DNA from: Azolla caroliniana
Lineage: Eukaryota; Plantae; Polypodiophyta
NCBI GenBank assembly: GCA_043228905.1
Contig: JBHGNT010000010.1
Location: 11,408,001 to 11,472,000, forward strand
Direction of reading: 5' to 3'
DNA length: 64,000 nt
The notes under the pieces were generated by a model that made no database searches, had not been told where the DNA came from, and worked only from the letters and a program-made list of their open reading frames with translations. This document shows, piece by piece, positions 61,501 to 64,000 of the stretch. The translations under genes and the position numbers were made by a program. Within the stretch, counting starts at the first letter, position 1, and the number at the start of each line of letters is the position of its first letter.

Positions 61501-64000
61501 TTCATTTACCCAGTGGAAGATTCTGAATGGGTTTCGCCCATTGTGGTGGTACCTAAAAAGAATGGAAAATGGAGGGTTTGTGTTGATTACAAACCTCTAA
61601 ATGCGGCTACCAAGAGGGATCACTTTCCTCTCCCTTTCCAAGATGAAATATTAGATGAAATTGCGGGTCATGAAATGTACTCTGTTTGTGATGGCTATTC
61701 AGGTTATTTTCAAATTCGTATTGCGGAAGAGGATCAAAAGAAGACGACATTCATCACTCCATGGGGATGCTTTGCATATCGATGCATGCCCTTTGGACTC
61801 ACAAATGCTGTTTTTACATTTAATCGTCTTGCTATTCATGTATTCCAACCATTCTTTGGAAAGTTTGTTAGAGTCTTTATGGATGACTTTGCAATTTATA
61901 GTAGCAGGAAAGACCATTTGGAAAAGGTTCGCTTGGCATTCAAAAGATTGGAGGAATGCAAAATGCAACTCAACCCAGAGAAGTGTCACATAGGTGAAAA
62001 GGAGGTGGTGATGCTTGGTCATGTGGTGTCTCAAGAAGGAATCAAAGTTGATAGTTCAAAGATTGAAGCAATTCAAAAGATGACAACACCCACGAGTATT
62101 AAAGATTTGGAGGTATTTGTTCAAAAAGTTCGTTACTTTGAACGATTCATTCATATGTTGGCCCAAATTCTCTATCCTTTTCGCATTATTCTTCGCACCA
62201 ACAACTTCTTGTGGACATCTACAACTGAAGAGCAATATGTAAGAATAAAAGAACTATTATGTAATGCTCCTATTCTAAAGCCACCTGATAGAACATCTAC
62301 CTTCTTTCTTTCTCTTAGTGTTGGATCTCATGCTATAGGAGCCATTCTTATGCAACAAGATTCTGAAAATAGACTTATGCATCCTATATATTTTATTAGT
62401 AAAGCCATGTCTGATGTAGAGAAAGAATTCTTAGAAGTAGAAAAGTGGATGTTAGCTCTTATATATGCTTGTAAAAAGTTTAGAAGCTTTCTACTACCTC
62501 ATCATTTTGTAATAATCACTAGCATGTCATTACTCCCATATGTACTCCAACATGTGAGCATTTCAGCACGAATTGCTAAATGGGCTCTACTATTGGCGGA
62601 GTTTGATTTTGAAGTCAAATTGGAATCAACTATGCGTGCCGAATTGGCGGATCTTCTCACCTTTAGAGAAACCTTTCATGAAGAAGACTTGGTAAAGCTA
62701 CGAAAGGCACTTCCCGAGCCGGATATGGAGGATGCATTCACCTTATTCTTTGATGGGGCATTTCGCAAAGCCACAAACATAGCCGTGGGTGGGATTATTC
62801 TCAAGGATCCTCAAGGAGACAGAGTAAAAAGTGAAGGTATTACATTAAGTGGTGTGAATTCAAATAATGAAGCGGAGTATGCTACCTTGTGTTATGGTCT
62901 TCGTCTATGTAAAGCTATGAAGATAAAAAGATTAATTCTTAAGGGTGATTCCTTATTGGTAATTAAACAAATTCAAGGCAATTGGAAATGTCAAAGTGAT
63001 GGGCTTAGAAATTTTTATAAAGAAGCAATGAGTCTACTAAGGTCTTTTGAAAAGATACAGGTTAAGCATGTGGGGAGATTATACAATAAAGAAGCGGATG
63101 CATTAGCTCAAGCCCAATTAGATAAGATCAAGGAAGGTTTCGTTGGTGTTTTGGAGACGTGCAAAGATGTAGACTCCCTAGAGGAAGTACATAATTTTCT
63201 TAATAAAGGAGAGTTTCCAAATAACCTCAATGCCTTGCAAAGAAAGCGTTTGGTGGCAAAGGCTTCACAATATCATTTGGTGGGTGAAGATTTGTACAAC
63301 AAAGGGAAAGATGGAGTTTTACGAAGAGTTCCAAACAAAAGCGAGATTATAAAGATACTCTTTAAGTTGCATGAAGAAGTTTGTGGTGGGCATTTAGCCC
63401 ATGATATAATGATAAGAAAGATTTTACTAATTGGTTTTACATGGCCTACTATCCATAGGGATGTGCATGATTGGTGTAGATCTTGTGATGCATGTCAAAA
63501 AGCGGGAATAAGACATCTACAAAGTGGACCTTTACAACCCATTGTGGTGTTTGCTCCATTCGAGAAATGGGGAATTGATGCAGTAGGACCTCTTCCGAAA
63601 ACTCAACATGGTAAAGAGTTTATTTTGGTGGCCATTGACTACATGACAAAGTGGGTGGAAGCTATAGCAACTTCCTCGATTAAAGCCAAAGATGTAGCCC
63701 AATTTGTGTATAAGAATATTTGTACTAGATTTGGAGTTCCCATGGAGATTGTATCCGATCATGGACCCGGTTTTAGGAGTGAAATGTTAGCTTGTCTATT
63801 AAGCAAGTTGAAGATTAAGCATCGATATTCAACGCCTTATTATCCTCAAGCAAATGGTGCAGTTGAGAAAGTGAATGGGCTTATAGTGAAGAATTTGACA
63901 AAGTTAGTGCAAGACAAAGTAAGAACATGGGATAGGTATTTGGATGATACTCTTTGGGCTTATAGAGTTTCTTATAAATCCTCCACAGGTTTTACTCCTT
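58520..64000 (+). mobile_element. Tat-like Ty3/gypsy retrotransposon with added RNase H; 3' end outside the window
   Basis: LTR 58520-59267 (TGTGAA..TATCA); PBS TGGCGCTCCAGGGAGGG at 59271 (tRNA-Asn-like, tentative); single long ORF. Confidence 0.92.
59356..64000 (+). CDS. Single-frame gag-pol polyprotein (>1548 aa, runs off the window, so absent from the ORF track): gag, Zn knuckle, PR, RT, degenerate RH, archaeal-type RH, INT
   Basis: FSGERTQDA..FL, GRARDWY, CYSCQEEGHISTRC, LVDSGA, FMDDF, LFFDGA..SNNEAEY..GDSLLV..NKEADALA, WGIDAVGP, SDHGPGF, QANGAVE. The ORF track shows no stop-terminated ORF in this frame. Confidence 0.92.
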   Translation, partial: MQFAFSGERTQDAGAFLASFEHHAVSIGRITDNEKLPLLVATFYGRARDWYDSLPPNQQGAYQLLVHQFRAKYIQRRSATEVREELFRLKMESPIGFTEYERNFKDLWTTWIRLRGGTEDEWFKMERFKMGLDMYFRLEANLKDPTSFQALIQVCQAYDRQVKMMSSLGDPQMTALGANLMPRANFQASSSIVHGGQVFPNVYTTTTINPTSISQEVEQVRSEQDTMALVNRRFDEVMTHLRQSQAIHNTIPDGGGSRGHHGVICYSCQEEGHISTRCPHRQQRGMGRGIYQVQRNGQRPNNNEVEGNVTLPMAQVPTIPHNVNLLNFIDDSDNSFEVAPVKRTRSSQKEKEVEGESSASRQKKKSKENEKEEKLRRRHSRRKIKMEDIPMGEGVEAFNLKHELISSGPRITWPQLLQLSPTLRKEWGRLASIRQSRKTVHYVGIVRVEDRKDIRPTIPVSIKGFHIKDALVDSGARVSLISEFVVNKVGIPISRSSSARVAVADGGVVHCIGIVEDVVIKCFGVSISMDFHVIPLKGPSYSLVLGRPWMQELNVVQDWSKGLMTITPSKGVSIHYDMRQQRLIEKEEDGITEYDSGSAYESDESEDSSSEWEMTTSYAVLKEEDDERGLITMEQKEKMISKDLKGQERQQFINLISEFPNLFISDYAHIRGVDVIQHHINLKEGTTPVAQKLRRLGHVQKEALLKEVKALLRAQFIYPVEDSEWVSPIVVVPKKNGKWRVCVDYKPLNAATKRDHFPLPFQDEILDEIAGHEMYSVCDGYSGYFQIRIAEEDQKKTTFITPWGCFAYRCMPFGLTNAVFTFNRLAIHVFQPFFGKFVRVFMDDFAIYSSRKDHLEKVRLAFKRLEECKMQLNPEKCHIGEKEVVMLGHVVSQEGIKVDSSKIEAIQKMTTPTSIKDLEVFVQKVRYFERFIHMLAQILYPFRIILRTNNFLWTSTTEEQYVRIKELLCNAPILKPPDRTSTFFLSLSVGSHAIGAILMQQDSENRLMHPIYFISKAMSDVEKEFLEVEKWMLALIYACKKFRSFLLPHHFVIITSMSLLPYVLQHVSISARIAKWALLLAEFDFEVKLESTMRAELADLLTFRETFHEEDLVKLRKALPEPDMEDAFTLFFDGAFRKATNIAVGGIILKDPQGDRVKSEGITLSGVNSNNEAEYATLCYGLRLCKAMKIKRLILKGDSLLVIKQIQGNWKCQSDGLRNFYKEAMSLLRSFEKIQVKHVGRLYNKEADALAQAQLDKIKEGFVGVLETCKDVDSLEEVHNFLNKGEFPNNLNALQRKRLVAKASQYHLVGEDLYNKGKDGVLRRVPNKSEIIKILFKLHEEVCGGHLAHDIMIRKILLIGFTWPTIHRDVHDWCRSCDACQKAGIRHLQSGPLQPIVVFAPFEKWGIDAVGPLPKTQHGKEFILVAIDYMTKWVEAIATSSIKAKDVAQFVYKNICTRFGVPMEIVSDHGPGFRSEMLACLLSKLKIKHRYSTPYYPQANGAVEKVNGLIVKNLTKLVQDKVRTWDRYLDDTLWAYRVSYKSSTGFTP

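Overview
Eukaryotic, repeat-rich nuclear DNA, most likely from a land plant; a fern or other non-seed plant is inferred from the element families and intron style. About 85-90% is nested transposable elements around one intact host gene, an 8-exon CWC22 splicing factor (minus strand, 34316-39527, 901 aa). The LTR retrotransposons are: three related non-chromovirus Ty3/gypsy copies (two show an extra 3' ORF), a very young gag-only element with apparently identical LTRs, two related Ty1/copia copies, an older copia wreck, solo LTRs, a non-coding LTR element, and an apparently intact Tat-like gypsy with an added archaeal-type RNase H. Two observations stand out. (1) A decayed Sola1/DUF7869-like DDD transposase gene is divergently paired with a spliced ParB/Srx-like gene whose first intron holds a phased array of 29-bp palindromes at a 51-bp period, a candidate ParB/parS-like module in a eukaryotic transposon. 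(2) Two different LTR elements have a conserved tRNA-3'-end mimic ending in CCA where the polypurine tract should be, i.e. a second, opposite-strand primer-binding site. All family and tRNA assignments come from motif recognition by eye and memory and need database confirmation.
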